Assembly (NCBI GenBank): GCA_037447605.1
Contig: CM074806.1
Coordinates: 310,001-374,000 of the forward strand
Length of the DNA stretch: 64,000 bases
Direction: 5' to 3'
Source: Zygnema circumcarinatum SAG 698-1b
Taxonomy: Eukaryota > Plantae > Zygnematophyceae
The notes below the pieces were generated by a model that worked only from the letters and a program-made list of their open reading frames with translations, made no database searches and had not been told where the DNA came from. The position numbers and the translations under genes are program-made. The first letter of the stretch is position 1. Every line of letters begins with the position of its first letter. Below, in pieces: positions 1 to 16,800 of this stretch.

Positions 1-175
1 AGACCTGAGTCCCACTAATCTCCATAAGAAAAAAAAAGTTCCACTCCCTCACCTGTAATCGCATGCGTCTACAGTTAACTAATGCAGCGAACCGCTTAAT
101 AGCACATACAGCAGCTGGTAAGGAGAATAACATTCTGCTTATTCCCCCAAAAAAATAGCAATTTGAGGCTACAGA

Positions 176-5746
<5,571 letters not shown>

Positions 5747-7723
5747 ACCGTCTCTGCCGGTCCCAGAGGGACTTTTAGCCTATGAGAGACTGACACCTGT
5801 CATCACAGGTCGTAGGAACAACGTAACAAATCTGTTATACAAAGTTGTGTCAAGGATGAAAGTTTCCAGAGTGAAGAATTTGGGGTTAGCAGAAACAACT
5901 ATACATCGAGCAAAGTTTACACCAATGACATGATCCTTAAGAATGTTCACATGAAGTAATCTGACGAAGTTGATTTGAACACTAATATGATTTGAATAGG
6001 TTTCGCAGAACTGTAAGACATCCGGACAGGCTGCATTGTAGAAGAACCTCTCGACGACGCAAGTTAAGGCAGTTCTGTCCTCTCCAATAAGGCTAACTGA
6101 AATGCGATGACTGAACTATGTTCAACATGGAAAATGAGCTGCATTGCAAGGAGGAGCTGAGACCTCACTCCCTGCTAGAAGCTCCCGGAAGAGGTATTGA
6201 AGCAAAGTTAAGGGATGCTGAACCCTGAACCGCGGTGAATATTCCCACTCTCTTCCTCCCCTCTCTCCCTCGTCCTCTCCTTCCCTCCTCCTTTCTCCCT
6301 CCTTACAACAGCCTCTTCAAGGACGACGAGTGCTGAGAGAGCGCGTTCGACAACTGAAGCAGCGATTCATGCATGCTATGGGCACACTTGCAGGGGGGGA
6401 GAGCTAGAAATCAAGAGGGTGGGAAACAGAGACGGCGGGTGCAATAGGGGGAGAGAGAGAGAGAGAGGAGAGAGAGAGAGGAGAGAGAGAGAGAGCGAGG
6501 AGAGAGAGAGGGGAGAGAGAGGAGAGGGAGGGAGAGAGGAGAAACTCGCCCCTCAAGAAAGCAAGAGAGGGAGTGAGTGACAAGGAGAAGGGAGGAGGTT
6601 TTCACAAGGGAGGAAGCGCCAGATCCATAGCGCCTCTTCAGGATGATTCTGGCCGTCCATTCCCTCACGAGGTTCAGATCGGACGGTCCCAAATGGCCCA
6701 CGAATCAGGAAAACGGCGAACTGTACACATGTGTTACGGATCGAGGAAATCAGAATATGCTCTCTGGTGACCACGTGGCTGATTCTTAAGACCACACGTG
6801 GCGGATATTCGGTCCGAAAAACGCGGTGCTTTCGCCACGTGCCGGAGATCCTTTGTCGCGACTCGGACGGGTTCGGGACGCGATTTTGAGTTCGAATGGA
6901 GGCGGCCTGAAAAGGGGGTGGAGGGGCCCGGCCGGCGGAGGGTCTCTGGCGATCTTTGTGACACGCCTGTTATTGTTTTTTGTCTGAGTTTCAGATTTAC
7001 TGAGAAGGTTCAAGTTTACTGTACGGTAGATCTCGTTTTCGTATCGTACGGACGATTATTGCATTGTACAATACTGTACTGTACTGTACGTACAGTTTCG
7101 TTACTGTACGGCCCTGCAAGGCATTGAGGAGTACTGTATAAGGAAAGACAGAAAATAATTGCACTGCTGCGCCGATGGGTTGAAAATTGACATTTGTTCG
7201 GTTTCGGTACGGGGGGGGGCTTGTGGGGAGAGGGGAGGGAGAGGGAGAGGGAATGTTCGTCCTGCTTGCGAGGGTCGTCACTGTGATCTTCATAAAATTT
7301 GAAGTTTGTTTGGTTCCATGTAGAGCAGGGAGTGTGCTTGTCCCCAGAGGATGGATGACCTTTGTATCATTTGTCACCTATAGGGATGGCATCAAATAAA
7401 TTATCTTAGCCAAAGGCTTTCGGTTTTGGGTGTTTACATTTGATTTTTTTTTCGTAAACATTCATTTAGACCGTCAGCATTGGTATAGAATCCAGTCACA
7501 CATTGAACTCTTTCCTGTGCACAAAGCTGATCACATCATTAAAAATGCGCTCACTAATGAACTAGAGCATATACACAAGGTACATACACCCCTCGAGGTC
7601 AGCGCCGCGTCCATCGCCCCTTCTTACACTTTCTCTTTTCTTCTCACTTTTCTTTAAACCTCGATCAAAACTTCGACATTTGAAAGCATAAAAAGTTGGA
7701 ATTTGGAACATTCAAAAGGGAGC

Positions 7724-8720
7724 CTAAGCGCCTCCCTTGACGACCTTCACGCCCTTCCAGAAGGCCACGTGGTTCTTAATATTGCTCGCCGCCGGTTTCG
7801 GCTCCGGGTAATACCACGCCGCGTCCTTGTTCTCCGCGCCGTTGACCTCAATGGAGTAGTAGCTGGCCAGTCCCTTCCATGGGCATGTGCTGGTTGTTCT
7901 GCAGCACATGGAACCGCAGTTCACTTCAGTACAAGGCACTTCACTTTAGTGCTGTTCAGTCCAGCTCAGTCCAGTCCAGTTTAATTCATTCTATCTCCAG
8001 TTCAGCTCAGTTTTGACTAGTTCAGTTCAGTTTAGTTCTCTCCTCATTTCAGCTCTGTTCAGTTCTGACCAGCCCAGTTCAGTTTAGTTCTGTTCATTCC
8101 AATTCGCTTCAAGTTCTTCAGTTAATTTCAGTTCAGTTCAGAAGAAGCTGATCATTTCCTGCACTCCCCTTCAATTCTCTTCCTCTCCTTCCCACTCAGT
8201 TCCTCTCCTTTCACTGGAATTATGCAGTACGCATTGCACTCGTAGCGAAAAAACCATGAGCTGCATGTTGACTTCACTTACTCCAAAAGGAAAAAAATGG
8301 AAGCTCAAAAGAAAAGACAAACAGAAAACGACGAACCATATCTTCCAACCAACGAACCAACCAACCAAGCTTTCCTTCTGCTCCTAGGTCGTCTGTGACC
8401 GGTTGGTTCACCTTGGTTCTACATTATGCCTTCTGTTCATCCATGTACATTTGATGGCCTCGATATCGCGAGACCAATGCCCAAATCATTCCATATTTCT
8501 CCTTCTTTTCTTACATATATTGAAGTTTCAGCAAAGCCTGAAAGCGTGGATGTGTATGGAACTGAAAGAAAATATGAGTTCAGTTCAGAAGAGGGCGTAA
8601 CCTGCTCGGCTTGAAGTACTCCTTCTTGATCGATTCCGGCGGAAAATAAACGTTTCCCTCCACAGACTCAAACTTGGTCGTCGACGCTAACACCACTCCG
8701 TTCCAGATCGCTTCAGCCAT
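7724..8720 (-). CDS. DUF427-family small protein, 2 exons, 97 aa
   Basis: Exons 8720-8602 (MAEAIWNGVVLASTTKFESVEGNVYFPPESIKKEYFKPS) and 7898-7724 (RTTSTCPWKGLASYYSIEVNGAENKDAAWYYPEPKPAASNIKNHVAFWKGVKVV). Phase-2 GT-AG junction; CPWKG and AAWYYP are DUF427 signatures. Confidence 0.85.
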
Positions 8721-9810
8721 GATGCTGCTGCTGCTGCTGCTGCTTTCAGATTTTTTTTTTTTTTTTTTCTAAATCAATATCAGGCACAATAAGTTTGATT
8801 GTTATCTTTTCCTTTTTTTTTTAAAGCAAGAAAAGAAACCACGTTGACTTCAAAACAGCGATACTCACGCTGCCGGTGGGGCCAATATATATAGGGAGGC
8901 CAGAGAAGGCTATTTTTGAAAACCGTACACATTTTGTACGATTTACAGGTTAAAACCCGTACCATTCTATCCATCGAGAACAGTGCCCGTACAAACGCAC
9001 CTTCCCTGGAAGGGGGCCGTGAGCAGCGCGTCCGTACGGTCAGACGGATACAAGATGCTTAATTATTTTAGTCTGACCGATATAACGGGCAGGAAACAAA
9101 CTTCATTTTAGCGAATAGACAGACGACACGTCGGATGAACGGGCAAGCAAATTGCTCAGAATGCGTCACCGGGTGCTACGGTCAGCGTGTAAGGTCCCGA
9201 TTAGGAAAGTTAAGTCGCACCAGCCAAACGAGGGATCTCTCGGACAACTATGAGGGCATGGAGCGCTCCGTTGGGTCATGACTCATGGTCATGACGTTCC
9301 GTTGTTCACGACCATAGGTTAATGCCATGGGTCATAATGACCATTGTGGTCATGATGACCTTCTCCATTACCCGTGTGTTCACATTGTCCTTGGGGAACC
9401 TGCCTTCAAGTGCACGAAAGTTCATGTATATGAGTGGGTGAGCCCAGCCCACACTTCACTTGTGCTAACTTGCTGGGCCCATCCCATGCCAGAGCTCGTG
9501 TTGTATGTATCTGGTGTCCATGTCATGTTCACATGCATGTCATGCTCATAGTCCATACCCTAACCAGGTCATGTCCATGTCCATGTCCATGGTATGTCCA
9601 TATCAACATCACAACCAGCAGACGGTCGATTGCAGCTTTCGACAAAAACTGTGTGAAATGAGCATTCATTGTAATAATCCAAAATTTCCAATTTTTTCCT
9701 CACTACGGCAATAAGCAAGATGGTATGCACCGAGAATGATTAGCCATGACCTCGGGCCTGCAGATGCACAAGAGCTGGACAAAGCAAATTTTAAAATAAA
9801 ATAAATTGCA

Positions 9811-10610
9811 CTATTTCAAAATTGCAGCGAGGGCGTCTGCGATGAACCGGTATTTGAACACAAAGCCGAGCTCCTGCGCCCTCTTCGGAAGCACCTTTTG
9901 GCCGTCCAAGACCTGAACCCTCCTCCTCGGGATATCCAGGCAGCTATATTAGAAACTTTAACTAAATCCTTACAACAGCAAACAAATGACGCGTAACAAG
10001 TGCAGACATTTAGAATGCAGCAGTTCTTCTCAAGGGAGAGAAGAGGAGGGGGAAGAGGAGGGGAAGGGGAGGGGGAGGGGGAGGGAAGGTGGGAGGAGGG
10101 AGGGAGGGGGAGGGGGAAGGGGAGGGAGAGTGGAGGGGGAGTGGGAGGGGGAGGAGCAGGGCAGGAAGGGAGTGGGAGGAATTTAGTGAGGGGAGGGCGG
10201 AGAGGATGGGACAGAGGGAGTGAGGGAGGGAGGGAAGGGGACAGAGGGAGTGAGGGAGGGAGGGAGGGAGGGAAGGGGAGGGGAGGGAGGGAGGGAGGGA
10301 GGGAGGGAGGGAGGGAGGGAGGGAGGGAGGGAGGGAGGAGGGAGGGAGGGAGGACAGAGAGAGAGGGAGGGAGGGATGGAGGGGACAGAGGGAGGGAGGG
10401 AGGGGACAGAGGGAGGGAGGGAGGGAGGGAGAGAGGGGAGAGAGGGAGGGAGAGAGGAAGGGAGTCTAACCACTGATGCACCATCTCCAAGGAGTGCGCG
10501 GATCGCAAATTCTGGAACAGGAAGCCATGAAGGGCGCCCTAAGACTTTTCCCAACTGTTCGCACATTTCGCCCAAACGGACCGGATTTGGAGCCGTACCG
10601 TTGATGACAC
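9811..10610 (-). CDS. GC1: 3' end (last two exons) of the TIGR01777-type epimerase GC1/SulA; upstream exons not visible, cut near the N gap
   Basis: Exon 10610-10471 GVINGTAPNPVRLGEMCEQLGKVLGRPSWLPVPEFAIRALLGDGASV and exon 9912-9811 VLDGQKVLPKRAQELGFVFKYRFIADALAAILK* match the recalled C-terminus of plant GIANT CHLOROPLAST 1. Confidence 0.85.
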
Positions 10611-10711
10611 CTGGCAGGATCCCATTCGCCGGCAAGCTTCTTCCTTCATGAGCTACCATCTCAGTCTTACAATGAAAAACCACTAACAGAAAGTCGGAAG
10701 AGGGAGCAGAA

Positions 10712-10811
10712 NNNNNNNNNNNNNNNNNNNNNNNNNNNNNNNNNNNNNNNNNNNNNNNNNNNNNNNNNNNNNNNNNNNNNNNNNNNNNNNNNNNNNNNNN
10801 NNNNNNNNNNN
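10712..10811. other. 100-N scaffold gap
   Basis: Run of about 100 N between a GC1 intron and the satellite; several 10-N gaps occur elsewhere. Confidence 0.99.
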
Positions 10812-13800
10812 GGCAAGGTGAAGGCCTCAGGGGGCAAAGCCAGGGAGGAGGGGGGGGAGGGAGGGAAGTGGCTTTTTTTTTTGACAGAGGCTTTCGAAAT
10901 AGCTACGAGAGAGAGAGAGTAACTAAGGCGGTTCGCCAGTCGGGACTTTGCGACAGTTCAAGTAAGGCTCTAACTTTTCTCCTTGTTTCATTTTCAGCAA
11001 TAGGGAGGGAGGGAAAGAGGGGCCAGGGCCGAGGGGGGCAAGGCCATAGTGTTAGTGTTAGGGTCAGGGTCAGGGTTAGGGTTAGAAGGGGGCAAGGCCA
11101 AGGGGGCAAGGCCGAGGGGGCCAAGGCCGAAGGGGGCAAGGCCGAGGGGGGCAAGGCCGAGAGAGACAAGGCCGAGAGAGGCAAGGCCGAAGGGGGCAAG
11201 GCCCCATAGTGTTAGTGTTAGGGTCAGGGTCAGGGTTAGGGTTAGGTCCAGTCAGGTTCAGGGTTTGAGGGGGGCAGGCCCACAGGGCCATGGCTGAGGG
11301 GGGCAAGGCGGAGAGAGGCAAGGCCGAGGGGGCAAGGCCGAGGGGAGGAAGGCCGAGGGGGGCAAAGGCCGAGGGGGGCAAGTCCATAGGGTTAGGGTTA
11401 GGGTTAGTGTCAGAGTCAGGGTTAGGGTTAGGGTTAGAGGCCGAGGCGGCCATGGCCGAGGGGGGCAAGGGCAAGGCCGAGGGGGCAAGGCCGAGGGGGC
11501 AAGGCCAAGGCCGAGGGGGCCAGGCCGAGGGGGGCAAGCCCGAGGGTGGCAAAGGCCGAGGGTGGCAAAGGCCGAGGGGGGCAAGTCCATAGGGTTAGGG
11601 TTAGGGTGAGGGTGAGGGTAAGGGTTAGGGTTAGAGGCCGAGGCCAAGGCCAAGGCCGAGGGGGCAAGGCCGAGGGGAGCAAGGCCGAGGGGAGCAAGGC
11701 CGAGAGGGCCATGGCCGAGATAGGCAAGGCCGAGGGGGGCAAAGGCCGCGAGGGGGGCAAGGCCGAGGGGGGCAAGGCCGAGGGGGGAAAGGCCGAGAGA
11801 GGCAAGGCCGAGGGGGGCAAGGCCATAGGGTTAGGGTTAGGGTCAAGGTTCAGGGTTAGGGTAAGGGTGAGAGGGGGGAAAGGCCAAGGGGGCCAAGGCT
11901 GAGAGGGGCAAGGCCGAGAGAGGCAACGCCGAAGGAGGCAAGGCCGAAGGAGGCAAGGCCGAGGGGGGCAAGGCCATGGGTGAGGGTTAGGTTTAGGGTC
12001 AAGGTTAGGGTAAGGGTTAGAGGGGACCAGGCCGAGGGGGTCAAGACCGAGGGGAGCAAGGCCGAGAGGGCCATGGCCGAGAGAGGCAAGGCCGAGAGAG
12101 GCAAGGCCGAGAGAGGCAAGGCCGAGAGAGGCAAGGCCGAGGGGGTCAAGGCAATAGAGTTAGGGTGAGGGTTAGGGTTAGGGTGAGAGGGGTGCAAGGC
12201 CAAGGGGGCCAAGGCCGAGAGAGGCATGGCCGAGAGAGGCAAGGCCGATGGGGGCGAGGCCGAGGGGGGATGGGGGCGAGGCCGAGGGGAGCAAGGCCGA
12301 GAGGGTTCATGGCCGAGAAGGAGGCAAGGCCGAGAGAGGCAAGGCCGAGAGAGGCAAGGCCGAGAGAGGCAAGGCCGAGGGGAGCAAGGCCGAGAGGGTC
12401 ATGGCCGAGAGAGGCAAGGCCGAGGGGGGCAAGGCCGAGGGAGGGAAGGTGAAGGCCCGAGGGGGGCAAGGCCGAGGGAGGGAGGGGGGGAGGGAGGGAA
12501 GTGGCTTTTTTTTTTGACAGAGGCTTTCGAAATAGCTACGAGAGAGAGAGAGTAACTAAGGCGGTTCGCCAGTCGGGACTTCGCGACAGTTCAAGTAAGG
12601 CTCTAACTTTTCTCCTTGTTTCATTTTCAGCAATAGGGAGGGAGGGAGAGAGGGGCCAGGGCCGAGGGGGGCAAGGCCATAGTGTTAGTGTTAGGGTCAG
12701 GGTCAGGGTTAGGGTTAGAGGGGGACAAGGCCAAGGGGGCAAGGCCGAGGGGGGCAAGGCCGAAGGGGGCAAGGCCGAGGGGGGCAAGGCCGAGAGAGAC
12801 AAGGCCGAGAGAGGCAAGGCCGAAGGGGGCAAGGCCCGAGAGGCAAGGCCGAAGGGGGCAAGGCCCGGGGGGGCAAGGCCGAGGGGAGGAAGGCCAGAGT
12901 GCTGAGTGTCGTATCAGGCTCAAGACCAGGATTAGAGAGGAGTCAGCCAGAAAGCAAGGCTGAAGGGAGCAGCCTAGGGGGGCAAGGCCAAGAGAGTCAG
13001 GGAGGAGCCAAGGTCAGGAGAGGCCGAGGAGGAGGGAGGGAGGGAGGGAAGTGGTTTTTTTTTTTGACAGAGGCTTTCGAAATAGCTAAGAGAGAGAGAG
13101 TAACTAAGGCGGTTCACCAGTCGGGACTTCGCGACAGTTCAAGTAAGGCTCTAACTTTTCTCCTTGTTTCATTTTCTGCAATAGGGAGGGAGGGAGAGAG
13201 GGGCCAGGGCAGAGGGGGGCAAAGACATAGTGTTAGTGTTAGGGTAAGGGTCAGGGTTAGGGTTAGAGTGGGGCAAGGCCGAAGGGGGCAAGGCCGAGAG
13301 GGCCATGGCCGAGAGAGGCAAGGCCGAGGGGGGCAAAGGCCGAGGGGGCCAGAGGCCGAGGGGAGCAAGGCCATTGTTAGGGTCAGGGTCAGGGTTAGGG
13401 TTAGAGGGGGGCAAAGCCAAGGGGGCCAAGGCCGAGAGAGGCAAGGCCAAGGGGGCAAGGCCGAGGGGGGCAAGGCCATAGGCCGAGGGGAGCAAGGCCG
13501 AGGGGAGCAAGGCCATAGTGTTAGTGTTAGGGTCAGGGTCAGGGTTAGGGTTAGAGGGGGGCAAGGCCAAGGGGGCCAAGGCCGAGAGAGGCAAGGCCGA
13601 AGGGGGCAAGGCCGAGGGGGGCAAGGCCGAAGGGGGCAAGGCCGAGGGGGGCAAGGCCGAGAGAGACAAGGCCGAAGGGGGCAAGGGCCGGGGGGGCAAG
13701 GCCGAGGGGAGGAAGGCCGAGAGGGCCATGGCCGAGAGAGGCAAGGCCGAGGTGGGCAAAGGCCGAGGGGGCCAAAGGCCGAGGGGAGCAAGGCCATAGT

Positions 13801-16800
13801 GTTAGTGTTAGGGTCAGGGTTAGGGTTAGAGGGGGGCAAGGCCAAGGGGGCCAAGGCCGAGAGAGGCAAGGCTGAGAGGGGCAAGGCCGAGAGAGGCAAG
13901 GCCGAAGGGGGCAAGGCCGAGGGGGGCAAGGCCGAGGGGAGGAAGGCCGAGAGGGCCATTTCCGAGAGAGGCAAGGCCAAGTGGGGCAAAGGCCGAGGGG
14001 GCAAAGGTCGAGGGGAGCAAGGCCATAGTGTTAGTGTTAGGGTCAGGGTCAGGGTTAGAGGGGGGCAAGGCCAAGGGGGCCAAGGCCGAGAGAGGCAAGG
14101 CCGAAGGGGGCAAGGCCGAGGGGGGCAAGGCCGAGAGAGGCAAGGTCGAGGGGGGCAAAGGCCGAGGGGGCTAAAGGCCGAGGGGAGTAAGGCCATAGTG
14201 TTAGTGTTAGGGTCAAGGTCATGGTTAGGGTTAGGGGGGGGAAGGCCAAGGGGGCCAAGGCCGAGAGAGGCAAGGCCGAGAGAGGCAAGGCCGAAGGGGG
14301 CAAGGCCGAGGGGGGCAAGGCCGAGAGAGGAGAGGCCGAGAGTGGCAAGGCCGAGGGGGGCAAAGGCCGAGGGGGCTAAAGGCCGAGGGGAGCAAGGCCA
14401 TAGTGTTAGTGTTAGGGTCAGGGTCAGGGTTAGGGTTAGAGGGGGGCAAGGCCAAGGGGGCCAAGGCCGAGAGAGGCAAGGCTGAGAGGGGCAAGGCCGA
14501 GAGAGGCAAGGCCGAAGGGGGCAAGGCCGAGGGGGGCAAGGCCGAGGGGAGGAAGGCCGAGAGGGCCATTTCCGAGAGTGGCAAGGCCAAGGGGGCAAAG
14601 GCCGAGAGAGGCAAGGCCGACGGGGGCAAGGCCGAGGGGGGCAAGGCCGAGAGAGGCAAGGTCGAGGGGGGCAAAGGCCGAGGGGGCTAAAGGCCGAGTT
14701 GAGTAAGGCCATAGTGTTAGTGTTAGGGTCAAGGTCATGGTCAGGGTTAGAGGGTGGCAAGGCCAAGGGGGCCAAGGCCGAGAGTGGCAAGGCCGAAGGG
14801 GGCAAGGCCGAGGGGGGCAAGGACGAGAGAGGCAAGGTCGAGGGGGGCAAAGGCCGAGGGGGCTAAAGGCCCTGGGGAGTAAGGCCATAGTGTTAGTGTT
14901 AGGGTCAAGGTCATGGTTAGGGTTAGAGGGGGGCAAGGCCAAGGGGGCCAAGGCCGAGAGAGGCAAGGCTGAGAGGGGCAAGGCCAGGGGGCAAGGCCGA
15001 GGGGAGGAAGGCCGAGAGGGCCATTTCCGGTAGAGGCAAGGCCAAGGGGGGCAAAGGCCGAGGGGGCCAAAGGCCGAGGGGAGCAAAGCCATAGTGTTAG
15101 TGTTAGGGTCAAGGTCATGGTTAGGGTAAGAGGGGGGCAAGGCCAAGGGGGCCAAGGCCGAGAGAGGCAAGGCCGAAGGGGGAGAGGGAGGCAAGGCCAA
15201 GGCCGAGAGAGGCAAGGCCGAAGGGGGCAAGGCCGAGGGGGGCAAGGCCGAGGGGAGGAAGGCCGAGAGGGCCATTTCCGAGAGAGGCAAGGCCAAGGGG
15301 GCAAAGGCCGAGGGGGCCAAAGGCCGAGGGGAGCAAGGCCATAGTGTTAGTGTTAGGGTCAGGGTCAGGGTTTAGAGGGGGGCAAGGCCAAGGGGGCCAA
15401 GGCCGAGAGAGGCAAGGCTGAGAGGGGCAAGGCCGAGAGAGGCAAGGTCGAGGGGGGCAAAGGCCGAGGGGGCTAAAGGCCGAGTTGAGTAAGGCCATAG
15501 TGTTAGTGTTAGGGTCAAGGTCATGGTCAGGGTTAGAGGGTGGCAAGGCCAAGGGGGCCAAGGCCGAGAGAGGCAAGGCTGAGAGGGGCAGGCTGAGACA
15601 GGCAAGGCCGAGGGGGAGAGGTCGAGGGGGCAAGGCCAGAGAGGCTAAAGGGGGCAAGGCCCAGGGGTAAGGTGAAGGCCTAGGGGGGAGGCCGAGGGAG
15701 GGAGGGAGGGAGGGGAGGAGTGGCTTTTTTTTTTTGCAGAAGGGCTTTTGGTACTAGAAGAGAGAGGAGTAAACTAAGGCGGTTTGCCAGCTTGGACTCT
15801 GTACAGTTCAAGTAAGGTCTAACCTTTCTCTTGTTTCATTTTCAGCATAGGGAGGGAAGGAGAGAGGGGCCAGGCTGTGAGGGCCATAGTGTTAGTGTCA
15901 GGGTCAGGGTCAGGGTTAGAACTTAGAGAGGGAGCCAAGGGGTGAGAAGAGGCTGAAGGGGGCAAGGCCGAGGGGGGCAAGGACGAGAGAGGCAAGGTCG
16001 AGGGGGGCAAAGGCCGAGAAGGCCGAGAGGGCCATGGCCGAGGGGAGCAAGGCCATAGTGTTAGTGTTAGGGTCAGGGTCAGGGTTAGGGTTAGAGGGGG
16101 GCAAGGCCGAAGGGGGCAAGGCCGAGGGGGGCAAGGCCGAGGGAGGGAGGGAAGTGGCTTTTTTTTTTGACAGAGGCTTTCGAAATAGCTAAGAGAGAGA
16201 GAGTAACTAAGGCGGTTCGCCAGTCGGGACTTCGCGACAGTTCAAGTAAGGCTCTAACTTTTCTCCTTGTTTCATTTTCAGCAATAGGGAGGGAGGGAGA
16301 GAGGGGCCAGGGCCAAGGGGGGCAAGGCCATAGTGTTAATGTTAGGGTCAGGGTCAGGGTTAGGGTTAGAGGGGGGCAAGTCCAAGGGGGCNNNNNNNNN
16401 NGAGAGGCAAGGCCGAAGGGGGCAAGGCCGAGGGGGACAAGGCCGAGAGAGGCAAGTTCGAGGGGGGCAAAGGGCAAGAGGGCCATGGCCGAGGGGGGAA
16501 AAAGCCAAGGCCGAGGGGGCAAGGCCGAGTGAGGCAAGGCCGAAGGGGGCAAGGCCGAGGGGGGCAAGGCCATAGTGTGTGGGTTTTGGTCAGGGTCAGG
16601 GTTAGGATTAGTGTTAGAGGGGGGCAAGGCCAAGGGGGCCAAGGCCGAGAGAGGCAAGGCCGAGAGAGGCAAGGCCGATAGAGGCAAGGCCGAAGGAGGC
16701 AAGGCCGAAGGGGGCAAGGCCGAGAGAGGCAAGGCCGAGAGGGCCATGGCCGATGGGGGCAGGGTGAAGGCCGAGGGGGGCAAGGACGAGGGAGGGAGGG

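Noticed and set aside
12899-14850. Long ORFs of 528 aa and 578 aa (and many similar ones at 11-19 kb)
   Set aside because: They are translations of the stop-poor GC-rich satellite, open on both strands, with no domain content.
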